Source: Akkermansiaceae bacterium UBA1518 (GTDB taxonomy: Bacteria > Verrucomicrobiota > Verrucomicrobiia > Verrucomicrobiales > Akkermansiaceae). From it: a stretch of 64,000 bases of DNA. The stretch is from positions 5,058 to 69,057 of the forward strand of contig DCQM01000148.1 in NCBI GenBank assembly GCA_002323895.1. The letters run 5' to 3'. The notes under the pieces were generated by a model. The model was not told the origin of the DNA, did no database searches, and was given only the letters and a program-made list of their open reading frames with translations. Position numbers and translations under genes: made by a program. Numbering within the stretch: the first letter of the stretch is position 1; every line of letters begins with the position of its first letter. This document shows, one piece after another, positions 56,340-64,000 of the stretch.

Positions 56340-58661
56340 ATGAGATATTGCGTTGCTGGAACCTTGATTGGTCTTATCGGCCTTTCCCCTGTCCTTGCCC
56401 AAAATGGCGATCGAAAAGGACATGATAAGATGGGTAAAATCGTCCCCGAAAACTTGATCCCCCCTGCTCCGGTTCTAACCGTCGACGAAGCACTCAAGAC
56501 CTTTACAATCGAAAAAGGATTCGTGATCGAACCTGTTGCTGCAGAGCCACTAGTCGATAAGCCAGTCGCTTTGACCTTCGATCCTTCCGGGCGGATGTGG
56601 GTTTGCGAAATGCGCGGCTACATGCCGGATATTGACGGCAAACTTGAAAATAAAGCTACTGGGCGTATCGCTATTTTGGAGGATAGTAACGGGGACGGGC
56701 AGGTAGACAAAAGAACCACTTTTCTTGACAAAATTGTTCTTCCGCGCGCGATTTCTCTGGTCCCCGGCGGCATTCTTTATGGTGACCAAGATAATCTCTA
56801 CTTCGTGGCCCGAGACGGCGACAAACCGAAAGGAAAGGCTGTGGTGGTAGACAACAAATTCGCCCCCGGCGGTAACGTAGAACACAAGACTAACGGCTTG
56901 ATGGCTGGAATCGACAACTGGTTGTATAACGCCAAGTCAAACGCACGCTTCAAATTCATTCCCGGCGAAAACAAAGTCATCAAGGACGCTACTGCTTTTC
57001 GTGGCCAGTGGGGAATCAGCAGGGACAACTTCGGTCGCCTTTTCCACAACTCAAATAGTACTCTTTTAATCGGAGATCGAGTTCTTCCCAACCTCCTTAA
57101 CGGAAATAAGTCGGCCAAAATGAAGGCCAAAACGACCGAGCGTATTGGCTCAAACGCTGTCTTCCCCGGGCGTGTCACCCCGGGTCTTAACCGTGCTTAC
57201 ATTTCCTCGCACAACGGTTACAGCTCAAACACCATTGACCCCAAAACATTCAAACTCACCAACGCCACGGGCGCTTGCGGCCCTGTCATCTATCGTGGCA
57301 ACAACCTCCCCGCGTCAATCAACGGAAATGGCTTTGTCTGCGAATCGTCCGCTCAGCTCATCAAGATGATCGGGATTGAAAATAAGAATGGGACGCTCAA
57401 GGGATCGCACCCGCTTGAGAAGCGCGACTTCCTTACCTCTACCGACGAGCGGTTCCGCCCGGTCAATATGTATAATGCACCAGACGGCTCCCTCTATATT
57501 CTAGACATGTATCACGGTATCATCCAGCACAAGACCTACATGACCACCTACCTTCGTGGGCAAACTCTCAGTCGTGGACTAGAGGGCCCGGGCTATGGGC
57601 ACGGCCGCATCTACCGCATTCGTTCCTCCAATAAGCCACTAGCAAAAGTCGAAGATCTTGCGAAAGCCTCCGATATCGAGCTCATCAAAAAACTAGATAG
57701 CCCCATCGGCGCGGTTCGTGACCTTGCACAGAAGGAACTGATCGACCGCAAGGCTGACCCCAAGCCTATTGTCGCAGCACTCTCAACCGGTTCAGCTGGT
57801 GACCTAACCAGCATTCACTTACTTTGGACTCTCGAAGGCCTGGGAGCACTGAAAGCAAAGCACCTCGTTGGAGCCCTCACTTCCAAGAACGAAGAGCTTA
57901 TTTCGAGTGCGCTTTACGCTGCACTCTCGCTGACTGACAGCGAACTAATAAAGCTCGAGTCATCAGTGGCGGCCGTGAGGGCCACCACAATGACTGCTCC
58001 TTACATCGCCCGTATTCTTGCCACGACTCCAAGTCCAATTGCACAGGAAAGGCTCGTCGTCTTCCTCAAACGGCATCACAAAACATCACTTGTTCGAGAA
58101 GCCGCAATCTCAGGGTTAAGTGGAACAGCGATTCTTTTTGACAAAGTAAATAAGGGTCGCTTCAGCGAGAAAAGCTTCGACAAATGGCTCAAAGAATCCA
58201 AGCGCGGCCCGCAAAAGCAGATCGACCCGAAGACTCTTCTCAAGGGAGATCACCTCGCTTCATTTATCCGAGGCGAGAAGCTTTACAGCACCACGGCAGC
58301 CTGTATCGGTTGCCATGGTCAGGACGGGGCAGGACTACCTAACCTAGGTCCCCAGCTTGACGGATCCGATTGGGTCACTGGAAGCGAGAGCCGTCTCGTA
58401 AAGATCCTCATCCACGGCTTGACTGGCCCAATTCAGATCAATCAAAGGACCTTCACTCCACAGGCCTTCATGCCAGGTCTTGGAGTCAACCCCACAATCA
58501 AAGATGGAGACATCGCCGATGTCTCAACCTTTATTCGTGCAAACTGGACCAACCGTGCCCAAAAGGTTACCGAGGCCACCGTCGCCAAAATTCGCAAGGA
58601 AACCTCAGATCGCTCGGCCGGACAGATGTATTCTCAAAAGGACTTTCCGGCAAATAAGTAG
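56340..58661 (+). CDS. PVC-type heme-binding CxxCH protein with N-terminal putative membrane-bound dehydrogenase domain and HEAT-like middle
   Basis: FTIEKGFVIEPVAAEPLVDKPVALTFDPSGRMWVCEMRGY (Pirellula/Verrucomicrobium N-terminal domain, TIGR02604-like). C-terminal CIGCHGQDGAGLPNLGPQLDGSDWVTGSESRLVKILIHGLTGPI (TIGR02603-like heme-binding domain). Confidence 0.8.
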   Translation: MRYCVAGTLIGLIGLSPVLAQNGDRKGHDKMGKIVPENLIPPAPVLTVDEALKTFTIEKGFVIEPVAAEPLVDKPVALTFDPSGRMWVCEMRGYMPDIDGKLENKATGRIAILEDSNGDGQVDKRTTFLDKIVLPRAISLVPGGILYGDQDNLYFVARDGDKPKGKAVVVDNKFAPGGNVEHKTNGLMAGIDNWLYNAKSNARFKFIPGENKVIKDATAFRGQWGISRDNFGRLFHNSNSTLLIGDRVLPNLLNGNKSAKMKAKTTERIGSNAVFPGRVTPGLNRAYISSHNGYSSNTIDPKTFKLTNATGACGPVIYRGNNLPASINGNGFVCESSAQLIKMIGIENKNGTLKGSHPLEKRDFLTSTDERFRPVNMYNAPDGSLYILDMYHGIIQHKTYMTTYLRGQTLSRGLEGPGYGHGRIYRIRSSNKPLAKVEDLAKASDIELIKKLDSPIGAVRDLAQKELIDRKADPKPIVAALSTGSAGDLTSIHLLWTLEGLGALKAKHLVGALTSKNEELISSALYAALSLTDSELIKLESSVAAVRATTMTAPYIARILATTPSPIAQERLVVFLKRHHKTSLVREAAISGLSGTAILFDKVNKGRFSEKSFDKWLKESKRGPQKQIDPKTLLKGDHLASFIRGEKLYSTTAACIGCHGQDGAGLPNLGPQLDGSDWVTGSESRLVKILIHGLTGPIQINQRTFTPQAFMPGLGVNPTIKDGDIADVSTFIRANWTNRAQKVTEATVAKIRKETSDRSAGQMYSQKDFPANK

Positions 58662-58697
58662 GACAAGATCCTAGCTTCTTATCAAACCTCTTCAGCG

Positions 58698-58726
58698 ACC
58701 TTGCCTAGCCGCAGGGTTGTTTTTTT
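58698..58726 (+). terminator. intrinsic terminator
   Basis: ACCTTGC-CTAGCC-GCAGGGT (7-bp stem with one G-U) followed by TGTTTTTTT, 37 nt after the stop at 58661. Confidence 0.65.
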
Positions 58727-58942
58727 GAGTCCCATCAAGTAAGTCCCCACCCCCATCTTCTTACTTGATGCTAGCTCACGCATCTTCACTTATGAGATTG
58801 GCTCAGCCGAACGTCCCTCTGAGCTTACCACACAATCATAATCATTCCGAGGGAAACAGCCCGGCGAAGAATTCAAATGAAATCCTCTTCAAAACCATTC
58901 ATTTTCAAACACACTTAAACGGAAACTACTCGGTAGTATCTC

Positions 58943-60037
58943 TCATGAAGCTAAGCCCAAAAAACTCCGACTTAATTCAAACACTTCCTTAGGACAACCA
59001 AGTGCCGCTTTAAGCTTCACATCACGATCCCAAGAGTTTTTCGTCAGCACAATACCAACAATCTCCCTAATCGTAAGCCTCAGCGGAAACTGTAAAGCCG
59101 TCACAAGCGGAGTATTTGTAAGCGGGTAGTCAGTTCCATACATAAGGCGGCCTTTCAGCCTTTCGTCGTTGAGGACCTGATGCAAATACTTACTCCGATT
59201 CATCTGTGTCAGAGTGGAAATATCGGCATAAAGATTTGAGAAGTTTGGCATCATTTCAAGCAGGCGCTCGATATTTTCCACTCCTTCTCGCTCACCCGAG
59301 CTCGCAACATGAGCCGCAATAATCCGCACCCCACATTCCAAGGGAAGTTTAAGTAGCTTGGGATCCCCAAGAGTATTATCGGTTCGCGAAAAGGAATCTT
59401 CATCACCGACATGGGTCAAAAGCGGTAAATTTAATTCCACCATTTTAAGATAGTAGTCCCGAAATTTCTCATCCGACGGATCTATGCCTTGAATATTCGG
59501 CAACCACTTTACAAAAATTGCACCATTTTCCTTAGACCACTCCAATTCCTCCAGCGCATCCTTTCGGTTGGGATGTACACTCGCCCCAAAGTGAAGTCCT
59601 TTCTTCGTCTTTACAGCCTCACCAACGAATCTATTCGGCACATAAGCCTCAATTTGATCTTCGACAAGATTCCCTTCGCCATCATAAGGCGCATCCATTG
59701 CAAGAATGACCACATCGTCGATAAATCGAGATTTCTCAACCTGACGCACGATGACATCCATGACAATCTCGTCTCCCTTCTCATTTATCTCCTCTTCACT
59801 TGTCCCAAAGATCTTGAGATACAGCTTGAATTTCCAACTTTTACGCAAGGCCTGTGAAACCCTTGCTCCACTCCCTCCCGCACCAAACCCCGCAGTGTGA
59901 CAGTGCATGTCGAGAATCCCTTCAGGTGGCGGAGAAGCTTGAGAATACGCTCCCTTAAAAAAAATACCGCGTAACACAAGCAGAACAATAAAAGAGAATA
60001 GGAAAAACCACGCGAGAGTCATCCCTCTATCTTTCAC
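58943..60037 (-). CDS. amidohydrolase family protein (TIM-barrel metal-dependent hydrolase), N-terminal membrane anchor
   Basis: TM helix LAWFFLFSFIVLLVL, then ILDMHCHTAG, LLTHVGDE, IIAAHVAS, MYGTDYPL (metal-ligand pattern of the amidohydrolase_2 type). GTG start at 60037 or ATG at 60022. Confidence 0.7.
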   Translation of the reverse strand: MKDRGMTLAWFFLFSFIVLLVLRGIFFKGAYSQASPPPEGILDMHCHTAGFGAGGSGARVSQALRKSWKFKLYLKIFGTSEEEINEKGDEIVMDVIVRQVEKSRFIDDVVILAMDAPYDGEGNLVEDQIEAYVPNRFVGEAVKTKKGLHFGASVHPNRKDALEELEWSKENGAIFVKWLPNIQGIDPSDEKFRDYYLKMVELNLPLLTHVGDEDSFSRTDNTLGDPKLLKLPLECGVRIIAAHVASSGEREGVENIERLLEMMPNFSNLYADISTLTQMNRSKYLHQVLNDERLKGRLMYGTDYPLTNTPLVTALQFPLRLTIREIVGIVLTKNSWDRDVKLKAALGCPKEVFELSRSFLGLAS

Positions 60038-60093
60038 GGACTTGATCTCCAGTCAACATCCGTAGTTCGATCGTATCGGCTCTATCGACATCC

Positions 60094-60125
60094 AAAAAAA
60101 CTGCAGAAGGGCGCGCCATCTGCAG
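60094..60125 (-). terminator. intrinsic terminator after frr
   Basis: On the minus strand CTGCAGA-(11 nt GC-rich loop)-TCTGCAG (7-bp perfect stem, 60101-07 / 60119-25) is followed by TTTTTTT (plus-strand A-run 60094-60100), 25 nt downstream of the frr stop. Confidence 0.75.
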
Positions 60126-60149
60126 TTGTGAAAATAGGTCCAATCGACT

Positions 60150-60716
60150 TTAAACCGTCATTACCTCTTTCTCTTTTGCATCAGTTAGAGAATCAATTTC
60201 GCCAACATACTTATTGGTTAAATCCTGAACATTCGCCTCATAGTCACGCTGACCATCTTCCGTAAGGTCATTGCCAGATTTCATCTTTTTACCAAGATCC
60301 ATACCATCCTTGCGAGCTCCTCGAATTCGCACACGACCTTCCTCAGACATCGCCTTTACAGACTTTACAAGCTCCACACGGCGTTCCTCAGAAAGCTCAG
60401 GAATTGGAAGACGAATCCGCTGCCCTTCATTTACAGGATTTAAACCGAGCTTACTCTCACGAATCGCCTTTTCGATATCACCCGAGGTAGAAGGATCAAA
60501 GGGCTGAACAACAAGCATCCGGGGTTCTGGTGCAGTAATAACCGCAAGTCCATTCAACTTCATTACGCTACCATAAGCGGCAACCGAGACGTCAAGATTT
60601 TCTACCAAGGCCGGAGAGGCCTTGCCTGTCCGGATTGAGGTGAACTCCGAGCTTGTGTGCTCGACTGCTTTTTTCATGGCCTCTTCGACCTGTTTGATTG
60701 CTTCCGCTGCTTCCAT
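60150..60716 (-). CDS. frr: ribosome recycling factor
   Basis: 188 aa. EFTSIRTGKASPALVENLDVSVAAYGSVMKLNGLAVITAPEPRMLVVQPFD, IRLPIPELSEERR. Confidence 0.95.
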   Translation of the reverse strand: MEAAEAIKQVEEAMKKAVEHTSSEFTSIRTGKASPALVENLDVSVAAYGSVMKLNGLAVITAPEPRMLVVQPFDPSTSGDIEKAIRESKLGLNPVNEGQRIRLPIPELSEERRVELVKSVKAMSEEGRVRIRGARKDGMDLGKKMKSGNDLTEDGQRDYEANVQDLTNKYVGEIDSLTDAKEKEVMTV

Positions 60717-60736
60717 GTTAGTGGTGTTTTTAATGA

Positions 60737-61468
60737 TTAATGAACAATGGTGCCAATATTCTGGCGATTAAGAGCGAGCTCGATGTTCCCTTCCTTCTCA
60801 AGATCAAAAACGATGATTGGAATGTCATTATCCATACAGAGACTAAACGCAGTTGAGTCCATGACACCGAGTTCGCTACTGATACACTCGCGAAACGAGA
60901 CAGTTTCATATCGGACAGCATCTGGATTTTTCTTGGGGTCCGAATCGTAAACACCATCCACCATCGTCGCTTTAAAGATAACATCTGCATTCATTTCATT
61001 AGCTCGTAGCGCGGCGGTGGTGTCTGTCGAAAAGAAGGGGCTCCCCGTGCCAGCAGCAAAAATAACGACCGCACCCCGGGACATTTGCCGAGATGCTTTG
61101 CGCCGAATAAACGGTTCGGCTACATTTTGCATGTGTATTGCAGAATGAACGATGCACTCTTCCCCCTCCTGCTCGAGCGCCGCTTGCAGGGCTAAAGCAT
61201 TCATAACCGTTGCGAGCATTCCCACATAGTCAGCTGTTGCCCGATCCATTCCTCGCGCACTCGCAGAAGCACCTCTCCAGAAATTTCCACCACCAACTAC
61301 GATGGCGAGTTCCACATCTGCCGCCTGTCTCGCTCCATGAATTTCGCGCGCAATTCGCTCAACGATTTCGGGGGAAATATTGTCGTGACTCCCAGAAGCC
61401 CGCAGAGCCTCACCGCTAAGCTTCAAGACCACTCTTTTAAAGTTTCGGATCGCTGCAAGGTCACTCAT
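60737..61468 (-). CDS. pyrH: UMP kinase
   Basis: [53 protein letters not shown]. Confidence 0.95.
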   Translation of the reverse strand: MSDLAAIRNFKRVVLKLSGEALRASGSHDNISPEIVERIAREIHGARQAADVELAIVVGGGNFWRGASASARGMDRATADYVGMLATVMNALALQAALEQEGEECIVHSAIHMQNVAEPFIRRKASRQMSRGAVVIFAAGTGSPFFSTDTTAALRANEMNADVIFKATMVDGVYDSDPKKNPDAVRYETVSFRECISSELGVMDSTAFSLCMDNDIPIIVFDLEKEGNIELALNRQNIGTIVH

Positions 61469-61558
61469 TTACTTGCGACGATAGTGGCAGGACAAGAACT
61501 AACCGAAAAGCGGAAAAGGCTCATCAAACCAATTTCTCTTAATTCGAAGAATTCAACA

Positions 61559-62092
61559 TTATCCCGTGACCACAAAGCCTCCGTTTAAATCGCGGAGGGA
61601 TCGATTTTTTTTGGTAGTGCCTTCAATAGTAATTTTCACTTTCAAAGGGTTATTCTCAGGATGATGGTAGTCCTCAAGAGTTTTCTTAAGAGCCTGAATC
61701 GAAAGACTCAAAACCGTCCGGATTGATAAATCAACACTCTCGGGGGCCTGCATCTTGGTAAGGTCAAAGGCTACTTCAAGCTCACCTGAATCGCCCATTA
61801 TCCCGGAGATTTCAATTTGAAACAAAGTCAATAAATTGCATTCGTTTACATCATAATTAAAAATAGCAGGCATCCGGTGAGGAGTCGCAACCGCCAATAC
61901 CAGATTCTCTGGCATCGCTCCACTCAGAACCATTGGACGAGCAAAAATATGAGCCTGCACAGCCTCACCTTTGAATTCGTGATCAACATCCGTCCCGTGA
62001 AGAGAGAGAGGCTGAAAAACCCTCAAAACCTCAAGAGTTGTCGCGGACGCAAAACACGCGGACACCGTCAAAAGGGTCAAAATTATCTGCAT
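61559..62092 (-). CDS. hypothetical secreted protein
   Basis: 177 aa with a signal peptide (MQIILTLLTVSACFASA). No recognisable motif. It is the only non-housekeeping gene in the adk-fmt-X-pyrH-frr string. Confidence 0.5.
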   Translation of the reverse strand: MQIILTLLTVSACFASATTLEVLRVFQPLSLHGTDVDHEFKGEAVQAHIFARPMVLSGAMPENLVLAVATPHRMPAIFNYDVNECNLLTLFQIEISGIMGDSGELEVAFDLTKMQAPESVDLSIRTVLSLSIQALKKTLEDYHHPENNPLKVKITIEGTTKKNRSLRDLNGGFVVTG

Positions 62093-62129
62093 AAGTAAAA
62101 TACTAATATCACCTGACTAAAAAGGCGAA

Positions 62130-63056
62130 CTATTTCAACCCTACTCTCAGAAGTTCCAGATGCCCCCGCGCGAGCTCCCCACCATTCATTCGCCGGCCCC
62201 CATCCAGCTGAACTTCTCCAAGAATAAGACTTCCAGATCCACACGCTATTTCAATGGTCTCCTCACCAACCTCAAGCAATTCTCCAGGCTGACCTTGGCC
62301 TTCGCCAATTCCAGCAGGAGGGAAAATCTTCATTTTCTTCGATCCTAATCCAGCCGAAGTCCCTGGCCAGGGATGAAAGGCTCGCACAAGACATTCCAGC
62401 TCTCTAGCTGGCTTAGACCAGTTTAAGCAACCATCTTGCCGGCCCAATTTAGGAACATAAGTTTGTAACGATTCATCCTGAGCATCGCCCTCAACCGGGC
62501 CGTTCTCAAGTATTTGCAAAGCAGCCTGACAGACAGCCGGCCCAACCTGCGCAAGACGATCGTGAAGCTCCCCACCAGTTTCACCTTCTAAAATAGAAAC
62601 CACCTTTTGCAAGATGAGATTCCCAGCATCGAGCCGTTTCACCACGTGAATAACACTCCAGCCAGTCTCAGTATCACCATTTTTTAAAGCAGCCTGAATG
62701 CATGAAGCCCCTCTATATTTTGGAAGTAATGATGCGTGCAGGTTGATGATAGCTTTCGATGGAATATCAAGCAGAGCTTGCGGCAGAATCTGCCCATACG
62801 CCATCACCACAATGATCTCTGGGTTCCATTGCCGGATCTGATCAAGAGCCCCTGCTTCGCCAACCGATTCCGGCTGGATCAAGGGAATCCCTGCCTCAAG
62901 AGCTATCTCTTTCACCCGTGGCGCAGTCATGACCTGCCTGCGCCCGACCGGTCGGTCAGGTTGGGTGACTAGCCCCACCACCTCGTGCTTCTTGGTGAGC
63001 GCGTCAGCAAAAGTAGCTTCGGAAATTTCCCCTGTGACCATAAAAACCAGGCGCAT
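62130..63056 (-). CDS. fmt: methionyl-tRNA formyltransferase
   Basis: MRLVFM..., VVGLVTQPDRPVGRRQ, IVVMAYGQILP, HASLLPKYRGASCIQAAL (HxSLLPxxRG). ATG at 63056; GTG at 63059 would overlap the adk stop by 1 nt. Confidence 0.9.
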   Translation of the reverse strand: MRLVFMVTGEISEATFADALTKKHEVVGLVTQPDRPVGRRQVMTAPRVKEIALEAGIPLIQPESVGEAGALDQIRQWNPEIIVVMAYGQILPQALLDIPSKAIINLHASLLPKYRGASCIQAALKNGDTETGWSVIHVVKRLDAGNLILQKVVSILEGETGGELHDRLAQVGPAVCQAALQILENGPVEGDAQDESLQTYVPKLGRQDGCLNWSKPARELECLVRAFHPWPGTSAGLGSKKMKIFPPAGIGEGQGQPGELLEVGEETIEIACGSGSLILGEVQLDGGRRMNGGELARGHLELLRVGLK

Positions 63057-63058
63057 CA

Positions 63059-63694
63059 CTAGATCGTTTGATTCTCAATCCGCTGGTAAGCATCTAGTGT
63101 TTGAAGCTTGGCAAGAATATCGTAAACCACCTTCGCTGGAGATTGCGTAGCGTCAATATCACATCGTAAATCCTCCCCATAGTAATCAAGAATCGGCTTG
63201 GTTTCATCTTCGTAAGTTTTAATCCGATGCTGAATGACGACCTCGGAGGCATCGTCAAGCCGCTGTTCCTTGAGCGCCCGCTTGCGGAGTCGTCTTGCAA
63301 GCTCATCACGATTCGGACAACTCAGGTGGAAAACCGCATGAATCTCAACATGATCTTCCAGCATTTTCGCCTGATCCTGATTCCTTGGAATTCCATCAAG
63401 CAATAGAATATCGATATCCGGCTTGTATCGATGGCTGGTTACAAGATCGTCCATATGACTTGCCCACAGCTGAACAGTCAGTTCATCCGGAACCAATTCG
63501 CCACGCTTTGAATACTCTACAAATTTACAACCAAGATCAGTCCGAGTGTCTAGCTGACGAAAAACATCCCCACTGGAATAGTGATAAAAACGTGGGATTT
63601 GAGCAAGAATTGCTCCCTGAGTCCCCTTTCCAGCTCCTGGCGCTCCGAGGATTAGAATTGCAGGTTTTTTAGGTAAGTTGGGGGTCTCGCTCAT
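63059..63694 (-). CDS. adk: adenylate kinase family protein (short lid, no zinc motif)
   Basis: P-loop ILILGAPGAGKGTQ, YSSGDVFR, LLDGIPRNQDQA. ATG at 63694 (GTG at 63697 possible). Confidence 0.8.
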   Translation of the reverse strand: MSETPNLPKKPAILILGAPGAGKGTQGAILAQIPRFYHYSSGDVFRQLDTRTDLGCKFVEYSKRGELVPDELTVQLWASHMDDLVTSHRYKPDIDILLLDGIPRNQDQAKMLEDHVEIHAVFHLSCPNRDELARRLRKRALKEQRLDDASEVVIQHRIKTYEDETKPILDYYGEDLRCDIDATQSPAKVVYDILAKLQTLDAYQRIENQTI

Positions 63695-63743
63695 CACTTC
63701 ACGTTTGAGTGTGCGTCAGGTTTCCAAATCGCTCAACCCCAAA

Positions 63744-64000
63744 TCAAGTCCTCGGATCACCATCGAGGGCGATCATTACCCAAAACACAAAAACAGGAGC
63801 CGCCACCACCACATCGACTAGCACCCGATAGGCCTCAGCCTCAAATTTTCGGCGTGCCTGATTTAATAAAAAGAAGCCGGCCGAGCCCACTAACACCCCT
63901 ACGGCAAAGGGCTTATAAAAAATCTGCTCATGATAGTAATCCTCGTTGAAGAAAAAGGCCTCTCGCTTCAAAGTACTAATATAAATATACATTGCGCACC
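63744..64000 (-). CDS. hypothetical membrane protein, possibly truncated by the right edge
   Basis: The ORF is open from 63744 to the window end (first in-window Met at 63992). There are two hydrophobic segments (FAVGVLVGSAGFFLL, VVVAAPVFVFWVMIAL). No motif recognised. Confidence 0.3.
   Translation of the reverse strand, partial: CAMYIYISTLKREAFFFNEDYYHEQIFYKPFAVGVLVGSAGFFLLNQARRKFEAEAYRVLVDVVVAAPVFVFWVMIALDGDPRT

Noticed and set aside
58765-58992. 75-aa plus-strand ORF in the convergent spacer
   Set aside because: It starts inside the right arm of the 11-bp hairpin, runs into the 3' end of the amidohydrolase gene on the other strand, and has a His/Asn/Ser-rich composition with no motif. 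The spacer is kept only as a possible non-coding RNA region.

Overview
This is a gene-dense chromosomal window with about 55 protein-coding genes on both strands and mostly short spacers. I saw no rRNA, tRNA, CRISPR array, transposase, integrase or phage genes.

Gene content points to the PVC superphylum, most likely a Verrucomicrobiota polysaccharide degrader. The markers are a PSCyt/DUF1549/DUF1553 + DUF1501 pair, a Pirellula/Verrucomicrobium-type CxxCH heme-binding protein, DUF1080, a pseudopilin-like protein, an LTD/CotH giant and three Cys-type sulfatases. The taxonomy is inference; no search was run.

The backbone is housekeeping: murJ, rlpA, HU/IHF, rnhC, mutY, rsmE, dnaJ, grpE, mnmA, prfB, ppc, trkA, phoH, thiC, recN, dprA, topB, frr, pyrH, fmt, adk. 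The only clearly accessory block is about 12.9-28.7 kb, holding the PSD1/DUF1501 pair, the CotH/LTD protein and the sulfatase/esterase/FG-GAP genes.

Three things are hidden by the ORF track:
- a partial ABC ATPase gene at the left edge (1..330, minus)
- the programmed +1 frameshift that joins prfB (28860..28943 + 28945..29976)
- a TPP riboswitch with terminator in front of thiC (38879..39010)

I did not find a self-contained, obviously new multi-gene system; nothing resembles a defence island, a secretion machine or a biosynthetic cluster. The most interesting unexplained items are:
- a ~150-aa soluble insertion inside MurJ
- two Aas-like lysophospholipid-recycling paralogues with reciprocal domain decay
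- a tightly packed recN / MBL hydrolase / exported protein / DUF2851 / dprA / topB neighbourhood
- a translationally coupled membrane protein - pseudopilin - ABC ATPase trio
- a sulfatase operon with a signal-less alpha/beta hydrolase wedged between two exported sulfatases

All family names come from motif recognition by eye and need HMM/BLAST confirmation.
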